Both the position numbers and the translations under genes were made by a program. From an uncultured Clostridia bacterium (GTDB lineage: Bacteria; Bacillota; Clostridia; TANB77; UBA1234): 64,000 nt of DNA. This document shows, piece by piece, positions 1 to 15,000 of the stretch. The stretch covers positions 3,909-67,908 of the forward strand of contig CAMUYU010000002.1 in the NCBI GenBank assembly GCA_947164995.1. The letters are read 5' to 3'. Every line of letters starts with the position of its first letter. Position 1 is the stretch's first letter. The notes under the pieces were generated by a model. The model worked only from the letters and a program-made list of their open reading frames with translations. It was not told the DNA's origin and made no database searches.

Positions 1-3000
1 ATTTCTTGGAACGCGATGGGCGTTTACGATAATGGTTGCGGTCCAGCACTATACATTGGTTATAAAAACGATGCTAAACAAGTAAAAGCAACTGGTAATA
101 TTTATGGTGGAAGTATTTTATTTAATACTGCACTAGATGTTGCTGATAAAAGATATAGTGCTGATGGTGGTGCTGTAGCAGTAGATAGAGCAAAGTTGTA
201 TATTAGAGGAGGGTTAATCTCAAACAGTAGAGGAGCATTTGCAAATTCTGGTGGTACTGGTGCAAATGGCGGTGCTATCTCAGCACGTAACTATTCTGAA
301 GTGTATATGTATGGTGGAGAGATTTCAAATAACTACACTGGCTGTCTAGGCGGTGGTGTTGCTCTTTGGTATTCTAAGTTCCATATGTATGGAGGAATTA
401 TTACAAGAAACTACGGCTACTATGGTGGTGGTGTAGGTATGTCTTGTAAAACTGCACAAGTTGATGGTGAATACAGAGGATGCGAGATTTATTTATACAA
501 TGATGCAACAATTTCAGAAAACCTTGCTGAATATGGTGGCGGTGTATCTGCTGGTGGACTAGATAGAGGATACAAAGCACAATTTGTTATGCTTAACGGT
601 AATATTATCAATAATACTGCTTTAGTAGAAGGCGGTGGTATTTGCAATTACAACTACGTTCTATCTTATCTTGACTTAAGAGGCGGTACTATTTCAAATA
701 ACATTGCACCAAATGGAGCAGGTATTTCTATTAGAAATGAAACAGGTAAAGTTAGTGATGCGACTGACGAACAAAAAATGGCAAACCTTATACACTTTAG
801 CGGTGGAATTAGTGTAAATACAAATAACGAAATATATATTAAAACATTAAACTCAATTACTGATACAGAAACACTAGGTGGTACAACGTACGATATCAAT
901 AGATATCAAACACCTATACTTGTTAAAGGTCGTTTAAATTCGGCTGGTACAATTGGTATGATAAAGCTTGAAGGTTATAACAACTTTGTAGGAACAAAAA
1001 ATAATCGTACAAATGTATTAGACTTAGTTAAGTTTTTAAGAGATGATGGCGGTGCACTTGAAGTACAAAGTAACAAATTCTCTATTGATACAAACCAATA
1101 TATCTTGGAAGAAGTAATGGAGAAAAGTACATTAAGGTTAAAAGAATTAGCTAGTGCACAAGCTGAGGAATATGTTGCAAGAATAGGCGATGTGTTATAT
1201 CCATCTTTAAAACAAGCAGTTGGTGCTGCAAATGATGGTGACACAATTTATATAATCAACAACTTAACACTTGTAGAAACAATTGATGTAGACAAAGAAG
1301 TTACAATAGTTTCGGAAACAACTAAGACAAGAAATGATTCTAACGTTTTGGATGGTGCTTTTAAAGATCCTAATGGAGTTACTTTAACACACTTTAGATA
1401 TCAACCTTTAGGAGACTACACTGTTTCACTAACTTCTACATTTGGAGATAACGCAAATAATACTTCGGGATTTATAGTAGAAGATGGAGGAACGTTACAT
1501 TTAGGAGACTCGGCATATAGAGAAGAAGACATTTCTATTTCATTAGGTGGATACTTAGCATTTGATGGTAACTCTGGACACAAAGTAAATGGTGCTTTAG
1601 TTCGAGTAAAAGATGGAGGTATTCTTAAAGCAAATGCAGGAGTTGGTATTACCAATAATGCTGTAAATAACAATATTAATGGTGCTGGTGTTTATGTAGA
1701 ACAAGGCGGTTTGTTTGAACTAAATGGAGCAACTATTAAGAACAATATTTCTAATGCAAATGGTGCAGGTATATATACCGAGGGCGATGTAACTATTAAA
1801 ACTGGTCACGTAGATGATAACGAAGCTGTAAACGGCGGTGGTATTTACGTTGCAAATGGTGGTACACTTCTTGCTTTAAATGGAGATTTAATAAGAAATT
1901 CAGCATCTGCAGATGGTGCTGGTTTATATGTAGATGCAGGTGGTACTGCAACAATTAATAATATAGATATAAATCAAAATACAGCTACTAATAATGGTGC
2001 TGGAGTATTTGTTGCAACTTCTGGTTTATTCACCATGAAAGATGGTATGATTAGAAATAACAGAACTGTTAATGGAAATGGCTCTGGAATATATCTTGAT
2101 GGCAAAGCTACTTTAAGTGGAGGAACAATTTTAGATAATACAATTTCAACATATAATGAAAATCCTTTAGGTAGAGGTATCTATTTAGATGGTGAATTAC
2201 ATGTATCTGGAAGTGTTGTTGTTAAAGAAGAAAATCCAATTTACATTACAGAAGGTAACTATATTCACATTGATGATTCTTTGACAACAAGCTATGCTAT
2301 TCCAATTAATACAGAAATAATGGCTGCTAATACAAAGGTTGCAATAATAGATGCTGAAGAATCAGAAGAAATTGAAAAAATATCTTTAACTAATAAATCT
2401 ATTTATGAAATTACAGAAGATAAACCAATAATAGGAAAAGCCGAAGGCGACCATTACTACCTAGTATATGGTACTATAAAGGTTACATACAATAAAAACA
2501 ATGCAACATCTGGTACACTTCCAATAGATAATAATGAATATAGTGGTGGAGATGCAGTTACTCCATTAGAAAATACAGCTGGAGATCCTTTAGCTAGAGG
2601 AAGTTATGTATTTTTAGGTTGGAGTGTAAATCAATCTACGCCTATTACATCGGCTGCAAGCGAGCTTGCACTTGATATTTATTATCCAACAGATTTACAT
2701 GAGGGTGTTATTTATAAACATGAGTACAACGTATTTGCAGATACTACTTTCTATGCAGTATGGGCAATTGATGCAAACCGTAATGGAACACCAGACTATA
2801 GAGAAAACGTATTAAATATTACGATTGCACCTTCTGAAAATGGTAGCATTACAAGTAATATAAATGAAGCTCAAGGCGGAACTTTAGTAATGCTTACAAC
2901 AAGTCCTGGTGATGGATATGAAGTCGATACTATTGAAGTAAGATATACTTTAAATGGTGTTGAAGGAGTTTATTCATTAGAAAATGGTAAAGTAGTTAAA

Positions 3001-6000
3001 CTTACAGAAACATATTATTATTTCAACATGCCTCTTGCTGATGCTACAATCTACACTACATTTAAAGAGCAATCTATTTATGAAGTAAAAGTAATGTGGG
3101 ATGATGGCACAGAACAAGAATTTGGAACATTACAAGAAGCAATTCTTGTAATGCAAGAAAAACCAGATGGCAAAGAAGGAAGAAAGATTACTTTACTTAA
3201 ATATGTTTATTCGGCAATCGAACTTCAAATACCAAGTGGTTTGAGTTTTGACTTAGATTTAGCAGGATATACACTTGATATGAACCACCTAGATTTTACT
3301 ATTGATAGCGGTGCTCAAGTTAGAATAATGGATAGTATGAATGGCGGAAGAATTACATTTAATTCTTCTGGTGGAAGCAATGGTATTGCTAATAACCTTG
3401 TTAACAATGGTACGCTAACAATAAATAGCGGAACAATAACAATGGATGAAGGCGATACAAGTACAGAAAAATTGATTGATAATAATGGTACTTTAACAAT
3501 TGCTGGTGGTACTATCAAACACAATGATACAAATGGTATTGCAATTTATAACAATGGAATGTTAACTGCAACAGGCGGCAACATTAATGGCGGAAAATAT
3601 GGCATTTATCATGCTAATTCAACAGATGAAAATTCATTTGATTTTAGCGGATTTGGTACAGAAGAAACTTATGGTATTAACCTAGAAAATTATGTTTCAT
3701 CAATTTTCTTAGCTAAGAATACCTACATCAACGTTTCAAATGTAATTGGTAATTGTTCAAATGATAATGTCGTAGCAGATGAAAATAGAATTGAATTATT
3801 CTTAGATGATACAATTGGTACAAACGAACCACTTATAAAATCTAATAGAATGCAATATATGGTTAAGCATTTTAGAATGCATTTTGATTTGCAAAATCGT
3901 GACAACCAAGAGATGGTTGTTGATTCAAATAACTGCGCAGTTCTAATTACTAAACCAGGAAAATTATATACAGCAGCTTCTGAAGCAACATATCAATATA
4001 GAACAGATACAACAGTTACTGCATCATTATTTGATACAGAAGGAAACCCATACGTTGGAGCAACGGGTAAAGTATTCTTCTTTGTTTTCGACACAAAGTA
4101 TGGCTGGCATGATATGTGGGATACAAATGCTCATATATTTAGACCAAAGAATCCAAATGACCCAAATTCGGAAATATATGGATTCCAAGATGCAGTGGGA
4201 AGTGTAGATATAGATAGTGCAACAGGTGTTGCAACATGCACTTTTGCAAATGATGATTTATCTTTGGATACATATTACATATTTGCTTTATATTTTGGTG
4301 ATGGTATATATGATACGTTTAGCGTAGATGGAAACGAAACATTTGGATATAAAGGACCAATACAAGTAAAGAATGATGACCAAGGTACGTTTACAATTAC
4401 TAAGAAAGACATTAATGACCCAACAATTACAATTAATACAACATTAGAAAAACATTATAATGGTCAAGAACAAGAAGTATCTATCGAAGTTTATGATGGA
4501 GAACACAAATTAACACTTGATGATGATTACACAGTTACAAAACCTGCTTCATTAATTGATGCTGGCACATATAATATTACTATTACAGGTAAGGGTAACT
4601 ACGAAAATCAAACTACAAAACAATTTGTAATTAAAAAATATAATGACCAAATAAATATTGATGGAGTTTCATTAAGATACAACTTTACAGGCTCTGCTCC
4701 AAACATTGTATTTGATGGAACTACACCAACGGCAGGTGTTAGAGATAATCATAATCTAGCACTTACACATGGAACAGACTATAGCATTAAATATCAACAT
4801 TTAAATAATACAACAGAACAATATGAAGACTTAGCCGGAATACCATCAGCAGTTGGTGTATATAAAGTTATTGCTACAGTTTTATCTAGTAGCACAAACT
4901 ATGAAGAAGGATTAACTGCAGAAGCAGCATTCATCATTTCAGATGAAGGTTCACAATATGATGTAACATTCGAAAACGACACTCTTACATATAATGGTGA
5001 AGAAAGAACAATAGAAGAACTTGGAGCTGTTACTGTTAAGAGAAGAGCTTCTGAAGGAGTAGAAGAACTTGTATTAGATAGTTCAAACTATTCAGTAATG
5101 TTTGGTACATCAAATGTAAAAAATGTTGGAACATATTCAGTAATTATTCAAGGAAAAGGTACATATGAAAACGTAAGCCTTGCTGAAAATATTACTATTG
5201 TTCCAAAGGCATTAAATAGCACAAATACAACAATTACTTTTGCTGAATCAGAGTATTACTATACAAGTAGAGCAAGAGTTCCTGAAATAGTAAATATTGA
5301 AGTTGATGGAGTTAATACAAGTGGAGAAGCAGGTGGTACTCCACTTGCAGTAGATGTAGATTACTATACTTCTGTAGAAGGAGATAGTATAAACATTGGT
5401 AATCCTGTATTTAAATTTAGAACTCTAAATGGAAACTATACTGGCTCTATAGATTATCCTTACGAAATAAAACCTAGAGATATTACCAATAATGAAAATG
5501 TAACAATCTCAGTTTATCAAACAGGATTTTCAGGTTCAGAAGTAAGACCAACTGTTACAGTAATAGATAGAGTTAGTGGAACTTCAAGAATCTTAGTTGA
5601 AACAGTAGATTATACAGTTACATATAGAGCTAAAGATATTGCTGACAATACTGCTTTAATTTCAGAACATGGATATCCAATTAATAAAGGTACTTATGAA
5701 GCTGTTATTGAAGGTGTAAATAACTACATTGGAAGTAAAGTCGAAACTTTTGTAATTGGAAATTATAAAGGAAGAATTATTGCAGAATTAGATCCAAATG
5801 TTTACACATATGCTGGTAATGCTTCTGTATTAGAAGGTTCAATTAAAAAGGCATTAACAGTTACAAGAGGAACTGATGGAGCAGAATTAGAGTATGGTGT
5901 AGATTATGTTTTAGGATATAACACACCAGAAAATACAGTAGTTCCTAGCGAAGTAGGCGATTACTTATTATACATAGTTGGTATTGGAAACTATGATGAA

Positions 6001-9000
6001 GTTCAAACAACAACTACTTATACAGTATCACCACTTACTGGAACAATTAATTTAGTACTTGAAAGTAACTCACTTGTATATAATGGACAAGTTCAATATC
6101 CACAAATAAAGAAAGATGAATCATATCTTCTATTAGATGGAGTTACAGTATATTTAAGTTCACTTACAGAAAACGTAGATTATGCTGTAATTGCGAGCGA
6201 AGATTCAAAAGATGTTGGTGGATATACACTTCAAGTAAATGGTATTGGTAGATACGCAGGTAACTATAACTTTGCAAACTATCAAATTGTAAGCAAGCAA
6301 TTAACAGATTCAAACATTGTTGTTAATAGTACAGCACCTGTTGAGAAAACATATAATGGTGAAGAACAAACACTTGTATTTGGTGCATCAGGAGATGTAT
6401 GGGTTGAATATAGAGTAGATGAAAACACCGTTGTTATTCTTGAAGAAGGAACAGATTTTGATGTAATTTATAACAACAATATTGAAAGTGGTATTGCAGT
6501 TGCAGTTATAGTTGGTAAAGGAAACTATAGCAAAGCAAATTCATATTTATTTAGTATTGAAAAGAGAAATATAGGTAATGGTACTGTAGCTACTGGTTAT
6601 ACAGTAAATGAAGCAGTAGATATGGCATACACAGGAGCCGCTTGTATACAAGACTTTACACTTGTAGATACTGAATTAAATAGAACTTTAGTTGAACAAA
6701 CAGATTATGAAGTAACATACGAAAACAACATTAATGTTGGAGAAGCAAGCTATGTAATTACTGGTAAAGGAAATTACATGGGTACTATAGAAGGAACATT
6801 TAACGTTTTAACGAATCATACAATTTCAATAATTGCAAATGATACATTTGAATTCGTTGATGAGCCTGTTAATGATTTAATCACCGTTAAAGATAGTTTG
6901 GATCACGTATTAAGTCAAAGTGAATACAGTCTAACATATTATAAAGATGACACATTCACAACTAAGACATCTGCATTAGACGGTGCAACTGGAGAAGGCT
7001 TAGTACCAGCAAATAGTGGCACATACTACAGAAAAGTTGTTGGTATATCACAAAACTATGAAGGCTTAGTTGCAACTGCTTCATTCATCATCAAAGAACC
7101 AAAAGGTGCTACTGTAAATATGAATTATAGCAACACTACATATAATTATGATGGTGATGTACATAGTGCAACAATTGAACTTGTAGATAGTAATAGAGAT
7201 CCAATCCCTAGCGGAGATTATACAGTTACATATTATAAAGATGTTGATTTCCAAGAAAAAACAAATACACAAGATGGAGCAACAAGTGAAGGAAGTGCAC
7301 CAGCAAATGCAGGCACTTACTATGTAAGAGTAGTTGGATTAAATGATTATAGAGACTTCGATTCTTATGTAGTATTTACAATTAAACCACTTCGTATTCA
7401 AGACATGGATATTGAAGCGGTATCAGATAGTGTATATACAGGTAGTGCAATTACTCCAAAGCCAGAAGTTTCTTGGATGAAAGAGTCTACAAAGATTACA
7501 CTTGTAGAAAACACAGATTATGAATATGTATATTCAAACAATATAAATGTTGGTGAAGCAATAGTAGTTGTAAAAGCATTAGATACTTCAAAAAATTATG
7601 AAGGTTCTGCAACTATTACATTTAGTATTTTGGCCTCATTAGATTTAGATGCACATCTTGAAAATGAGCAAGTTACATATAATGGTTCGGTTCAAAAACC
7701 AGCTAAGAGTGAAATATATATTGGAACAAAATCTATAGAACAACTTGAAGCTGAAGGAACTACTTATGATGTTTCTTATGGAGCTGGAAATTATAAAGAT
7801 GTTGGTACATATGAAATAGTCGTACAAAATGGCAATGAAGAAAAAACACTTACATATACAATTCTAACTAAAGAATTAATAGTAACTCCAAAAGCAAATC
7901 AAGGTAAAACTTATGGTGCTTTAGATTCAACACTTAAATTTACAACAAATATTGCAACAGAAAGCGGATTATATGCTGACGATACATTTGCAGGAAGTAT
8001 TGCTAGAACTGCAGGTGAAGACGTTGGTGAGTATGCAATAACACAAAATGATTTAAGTGCAAATAATTATGACATTACATTCTCAGGAGATGTTAAATTT
8101 ACAATTACTGCAAAAGATATAGCAGATAGTAATGTTACAATACATGGAGTTGAAGAAAAATACACATATAATGGAAGCAATGTTACACCAAATGTTTTAA
8201 TGACATATGCTTCTAGTCAAGGAAACTTAGCATTAGCAAATGGTACAGATTTTGAAGTTGTTTCTTATGAAAAATTTGATGCAGATTCAAATAGTTATGT
8301 TGCAACTTCAAATACAAAAGAAGTTGGTAAATACAGAATTAACCTAGCAGGTAAAGGAAATTACACAGGAAATAAATATGTAGAATTTGAAATAGAAACA
8401 ATGAAAGCATTTAACGCATCATTTGCTGATACTACAAAGACATATAATAGAAATCCTCAAAACCCTACTGTAAAAGTAAGTAGCGTTTCTGGACTTCTTA
8501 CATTAAATGAAGATTATAAATACGTTTACTACACAGATAGTTCATATTCTTTAAAGACAGATACAACATCTGGTGCAAGCATTGAAGGCGGAGCTCCAGT
8601 AAATGTAGGTAATTACTACTTGAGAGTAGAAGGAATAGGAAACTACGTAGGATGCGTTGCAGAGTCAGAATTTAGAATTACTCCAAAGAACATTCAAGAT
8701 AAAATAAGTGGTAACGATTTTGAAATTACAGTTTCAGATATAGCAGACCAAGTATATACAGGAAGAGAAATAACTCCATCGGTTACAGTAACGTGGAATG
8801 GTGTAGTACTTACAAATACAGAATATACAATTTCATATTCTTCTAATATTAATGCAGGTGTTGCAAATTACAGAGTTACTGGTATAGGTAATTTTGAAGG
8901 AACAAGAACAGGAGTATTTAATATAGTAGCAAATGGTTCTGGAGAAATCATCGTAACATTAACTGATGGATTAGGAAATGAAGTAACAGCAACAGAAAGC

Positions 9001-12000
9001 TCATATGAATATGATGGAACATCACATGAACCTACAGTAGAAGTTAAACTAAATCTAGATGGAGACGAAATTATTCTAGTTGAAAATTCAGATTATGCTG
9101 TAACTTTTGCAAATACTGTTGATGCAGGACTTGCAAGTGTTAATGTTTTACTTACAGGAAACTATGCAGGAAATATAGAAAAACAATATTTGATTGCAAA
9201 GAGAGACATTAATGATGCAACATTAACTATTACACCAACTAGTGTAAGTTATAATGGTACAGTCCAAAAACCAAGTATTTCATTAATTTGTGATGGAACA
9301 CTATTAGATAGCACAACAGATTATACAGTAGATTTTGGAACAGGTGACTATATAAACTCAAATGTATATTCAATTACAATTTCAGCAGTACAAGATGGTA
9401 ATTTTGAAAATAGCATTAATGCAAATTTTGAAATCACACCATATGGTACATATGAACATGAAGTATTTAATATTGAATTTACAAGCGATAAATCAGCATA
9501 TTTGGAATCAGAATATAGTGATGTTACAAACAACATTATAGTTAAAGATATTGATGGTAACATCGTTCCAAGTACAGATTATACAATCTCATACAAGAGA
9601 GAATCAGATACAACATATGTAGATACTCCATCAGCAACGGTTGGAAAATATGTAGTTAAAGTTACTGGAAAAGCTGGAACAAATTATTCTGGTGCATATG
9701 CAACTGGAGTAAGAGGATATGTTGTTTATACAGATAACTTAACAGCTGAACCAATTGAAATTACTTATGATGGACAAGTACATACAATTTCAACTAGTGA
9801 TGTTGTTGTTAAGACTGCTGGCGGACAAACATTAAATACAAATGATTACGAAGTATCATTTGGAGATATTGAAGTTAAGAAGGCAGGATTATATACAATA
9901 TATATCACTGGAAAGAACGACTACAGCAATGCAACAGGTTCTGGCCAATATAAGATTAAACCTGCAACATTTACAGTAGAAGATGTTGCTTCAAGAACAT
10001 ATGATGGTAGTGTGCATGAAGTTTCAGTAGTTGCTAAAGGTATTAATAATACTACACTAGAACAAGGTGTAGATTACGAAATAAGTTTTACAGGTTCACT
10101 ACTTTCTGGAAGCCATTATGATAGTAATAGACCACCTCGTGATGCTGGTAATTATTCTATTATCGTAACAGGTAGAGGGAATTATGCTGGTACAGAAGAA
10201 GAGGTAGATTACATTGTTTTACCTAAGTCTTTAAGTGATAGCGAAATACAAATAAATGTTACAAATAACAATCAACAATATAATGGAATGGCTAAACAAG
10301 CAGCAATTAGTGTAGTGTACAATTTGGGCACATATTCTATTAACTTAAATGGTGATGTTGATTATGAAATCACATCTCCAACAGAATATACAAATGCAGG
10401 TAGTTATACTATTACATTAACTGCAAAACCAGGAAATTATAAAGATTCAGGAAGTGTAACATTTACAATTCTTCCATATACTGGTAAATTGCAAGCTACT
10501 ATGACTACAACAACATTTAACTATGGAACAACATTAGAAACTATAGAAGAAGGTCTTTCTGTTAAATATAACAATGAAATATTTACAAGAGACATGTACG
10601 ATATAGTAACATATCCATCAACAACAGCTACTCCTACAGTAGGTAATTACACAATGACAATTACGGCTAAAGGATCTAACTATGTAGATGGAGATGAAAA
10701 AGCAAAAGCAGAAATTAAATTCAAAGTTATTCCTGCAAACCAAACACAAATAACCTTTGTAAGTGGCGATGTAGTAACATATAATGGAAAAACTCAAAAA
10801 CCATCTCTAGAAGATATGATAGTTGGAGAAAAGACAATTGCAGAGTGGATTGCAGATGGAAAAGATTGTTCAGTAGATTATGGTGAAGGAAACTATAAAG
10901 ATGTTGGGCTATATTCAATTTCTTCACAATATAAAGAAGATGGAATTCTAATAGAAGAAAGCACAGGAACATTTAGAATTGAAAGTGCTCCAGTTACAGT
11001 CACACCAGATAGTGACCAAGGAAAATTCTATGGAGAAAATGATACAACTCTAACATTTACTACAAATATTACTACAGGTGAGCATGGGCTATATGAAAGC
11101 GACGAATTTAGTGGACAATTAGCAAGAGTTCAAGGCGAAAATGTAGGAAACTATGAAATTAAGCAAAATGGACTTACAGCTAATAATTATGATGTTACAT
11201 TAACTCCAGGTGTTAATTTTGAAATTAAAGCTAAAAACGTTTCAGATAGTGAAATAGAAGTTACAGGTGTAAATGCTTCTTATTCATACACAGGAACATC
11301 TATCAAACCAAATGTAATAGTTACATACGATTCTGAAAAATTCGGAAAATTAGCTTTAGCAAATAATCAAGACTTTAGAGTTAAATATCAATACTATGAT
11401 ACAGAAAGAGGAGAATTTGTAGACATTTCAAATGATTCAGATTTAGTTGATGTTGGTAGATACAAGATAGTTATTACTGGTATTAACAACTATACTGGAA
11501 CAACAGAAAAAGAATACGAAATATCTTCATACGTAACAAGCTTCGTAGCTATAGTTAGCGATAATAACAAAGTATATAATAAGCAAGTTCAAAAAGCTCA
11601 AGTTCAAGTAACAGGTTCTTCTACGACACTAGAAGAAGGAAGAGATTATAAAGTTGTATATTATATAAATAATTCATATACAACAAAGACTAATACATCT
11701 TTTGAATTAGGTGGTGCAATTGAAGAAGGCGGAGCTCCAAGAAATGCTAGAACATACTACATTGAAGTTGAAGGTATTGGAAATTACACAGGAAGTTCTT
11801 CAAGAGCAACATTTGTAATTAATCCAAAACCAATTTCGGATGCAGAAATTCAATTTACAAACATTACAAATCAAACATACACAGGATCTAACATAGAACC
11901 ACAAGTAATACTAGCTTGGGGAACAGGTCTTGTTGAAGGCACAGATTACACAATTACATATGCAAATAATAAAGAAATAGGAACAGCAGAAATTACAATT

Positions 12001-15000
12001 GAAGGTATAGGAAACTATAGTGAATCAAGAAAAGAAAGCTTTGAAATAGTTCCAATTTCAAATGGTGTAATTGGTATAACATTATCTCAAGATTCATTTG
12101 TATATGATGGAAATGTTAAGACACCAGAAGTTACAGTAACTTACACAGTTGATGGTGATACAAAGACATTAACAACAAATGACTATGATGTTGAATTTGT
12201 AAATAGTGTAGATAGAGGAACTGCAACAGTATACGTTACATTAAAAGATAAATACTCTGGTTCAAGTAGTGCAACATTTGAAATAACAGCATATGATTTA
12301 GAAGATGCAAACTTAGTAATTGAACCTACAAGCAGTACATATAATGGAAAGAAACAAAACGTAACTGTTTCAGTATATGCTGGAGATACATTACTAGTTC
12401 AAGGAACAGATTACACATTAACTGTTCCAGAAGAAATGAAGAATGCAGGTGAATATAACATATCTGTTTCTGCAGTTGCAAATGGAAACTACACAGGAAC
12501 AAAAGCAGGAACATATATAATTAATAAATATGGTGTAGAAACTGCAGACACATTAATGCTTGAATTTAGTAATGGAAAGACAACATATAAAGAACAAACT
12601 ACAAAAGCTGCATTTGAAGGCAATTTAGTAGTTAAAGATTTAAATAGAAACACATTATCAAGCACAGATTATGTTGTTACATATTCAACAAATGGAACAA
12701 CTTATACAAGTGACTTCCCAACAGAAGCAGGTTCTTACTTTGTAAAAGTTACAGGTACACGAACAAACTACGCAGGAGTTAACGATGTAGCTGTAAGAGA
12801 ATTTGGTATATTCGTTGAAAGTGTTAGTGTAACAAATGCACAAGCAACATATAATAATACAGTATTTACAATTGCAGATATAGAAGACCAAATTACAATT
12901 ACATCAGATTTAGGAACATCACTTTCAAATGATCAATTTAATATTTCATTTGGAAGCACAAGTCCAAAAGATGCTAATACTTATACAATAATTGCTACTG
13001 GAAAACCAGAAAGTGAATTTAGTGGATTAGTTGGAATGTCTACATTTACAGTTAATCCAGCAGATATAACATTTAGTAGTATTTCAGATGTTAATTACAC
13101 TGGTAAATCTGTAGTTCCTACTATGACTGTTTCAGGAGTTGCAGGAGAAAGCGTTTCTCAAGGAAAAGACTACACAATTAGTTATACAGGTACAGATACA
13201 AAAGGAAACACATACTCATCAGACGTTGCTCCAATTAACGTTGGTGACTACGTAGCAACTGTAAATGGAATTGGTAATTATACAGGAACAGTTTCAAAGA
13301 CATTTAAAGTAAAACCTACAAATATTTCAAGCACAGAAATTATAGTTGAAATTGTTAATAATGAAACGATTTATAATACTGAAGTTCAAAACCCAGTAAT
13401 TAATGCATATTATGAGACTTCAAGTGGAATAATAAGACTTACAAAAGATGTAGACTTTACTGTAGATAATGGTTCAAATGTATATAAGAATGCAAAAGAT
13501 TACACATTTAGAATAAATGCAACTGCTACATCAAATTATCTTGGATATAAAGATGTTACTTATACAATTAAACCATACACAGGAGTATTAACAGTAAGCT
13601 TATCTGGAGATAGTATTTATACAAATGGTGTAACAAAAGACGAAGTATTAAGTGATTTAAGCATCACATACAGAAACGATAATTTAAGTCTTGATGATTT
13701 CAATATCGTATTTACACCAGATGAATTAACTACAGGAAATTATACAATTGAAGTTTCTGCAAAGAATTCAATTAAGAATTACTATTACTCAGAAGAAAAA
13801 TTTGCAACTGGTTATACAATGTTTGAAATAAAAGAAGCAGAAGATATTACAATTTCACTTACTGAATCTACTCACGTTTATACAGCTAATGTTATTGAAG
13901 TGCCAGATAGTAACATAAAAGTTAATAATAGCAAGACAGTTGAGCAATTAAGAGAAGAAAATCCAACATTAACTTATGAAGTTACATGGTCTGATACAAT
14001 TAAAGATGTAGGAAGCTACACTGTAACATTAAGAGTCTTAGATGGCGATAATGAATTACAAAAAGCTACTGCAACTTATACAGTAACAGTTAAAGATATA
14101 GGTGATGACGATATCGAAGAAAGTGATGTTGAAAATCAAAAATATACTGGTTCTGAAATCACACCAGACTTTACATTAACATATAATAATGTTGAGTTAA
14201 CAAGTGATGATTACACAGTTATCTATAAAGATAATACAAGTGTAGGACAAGCAAAGATAGAACTAGTTGGTAAAGGAAATTATGAAGGAACAAGAGAAAT
14301 CACATTTAATATAGTACAAGAAGTTTCTGGAGATATTGAAATTACATTATCTGAAGATGAATATACCTATGATGGTTCAGCTAAGACACCAGATATTACT
14401 GTACATGTTGGTACAACATTGTTACAAGAAGGTGTAGATTATACAGTAAGTTATGAAGACAATGTAAATAGTGGTACTGCAAAAGCAAAAGTAACATTAA
14501 AAGGTAATTATTCAGGAACAAAAGAAGCAGAATTTATTATTAATAAAGTAGATTTAGATGATGTAACTGTTAAATTAAGTGATGATGTAGTTTATAACGG
14601 AAGTGCTCAAAAGCCTTCTGTTACAGTTACAAATGGTAATGTTCTTCTAGTTGAAAACACAGATTATGAAGTATCTTTCGAAGGTGACTTTATAAATGCT
14701 GGATCTTATAGTGTTGTAATTACTGCAAAAGATGATAGTAATTATGATGGTGAAGTTACTGAAACATTTAAGGTATTAAAATATGGTTCAAATTCAAAAG
14801 AAAAATTATTCTTAGAATTTGAAAACGGAGAAGCTTCATATAATGAAGATGTTACACAAGCTACATTTGAACAAAACTTAAGAGTAACAGATATTAATGG
14901 TAATGTACTTCTAACAACAGATTATGAAGTAACATATGGAGGAGACTTCCCAAATTCAGTTGGAGCATATACAGTTACAGTAACTGGTAAAGGCACTAAC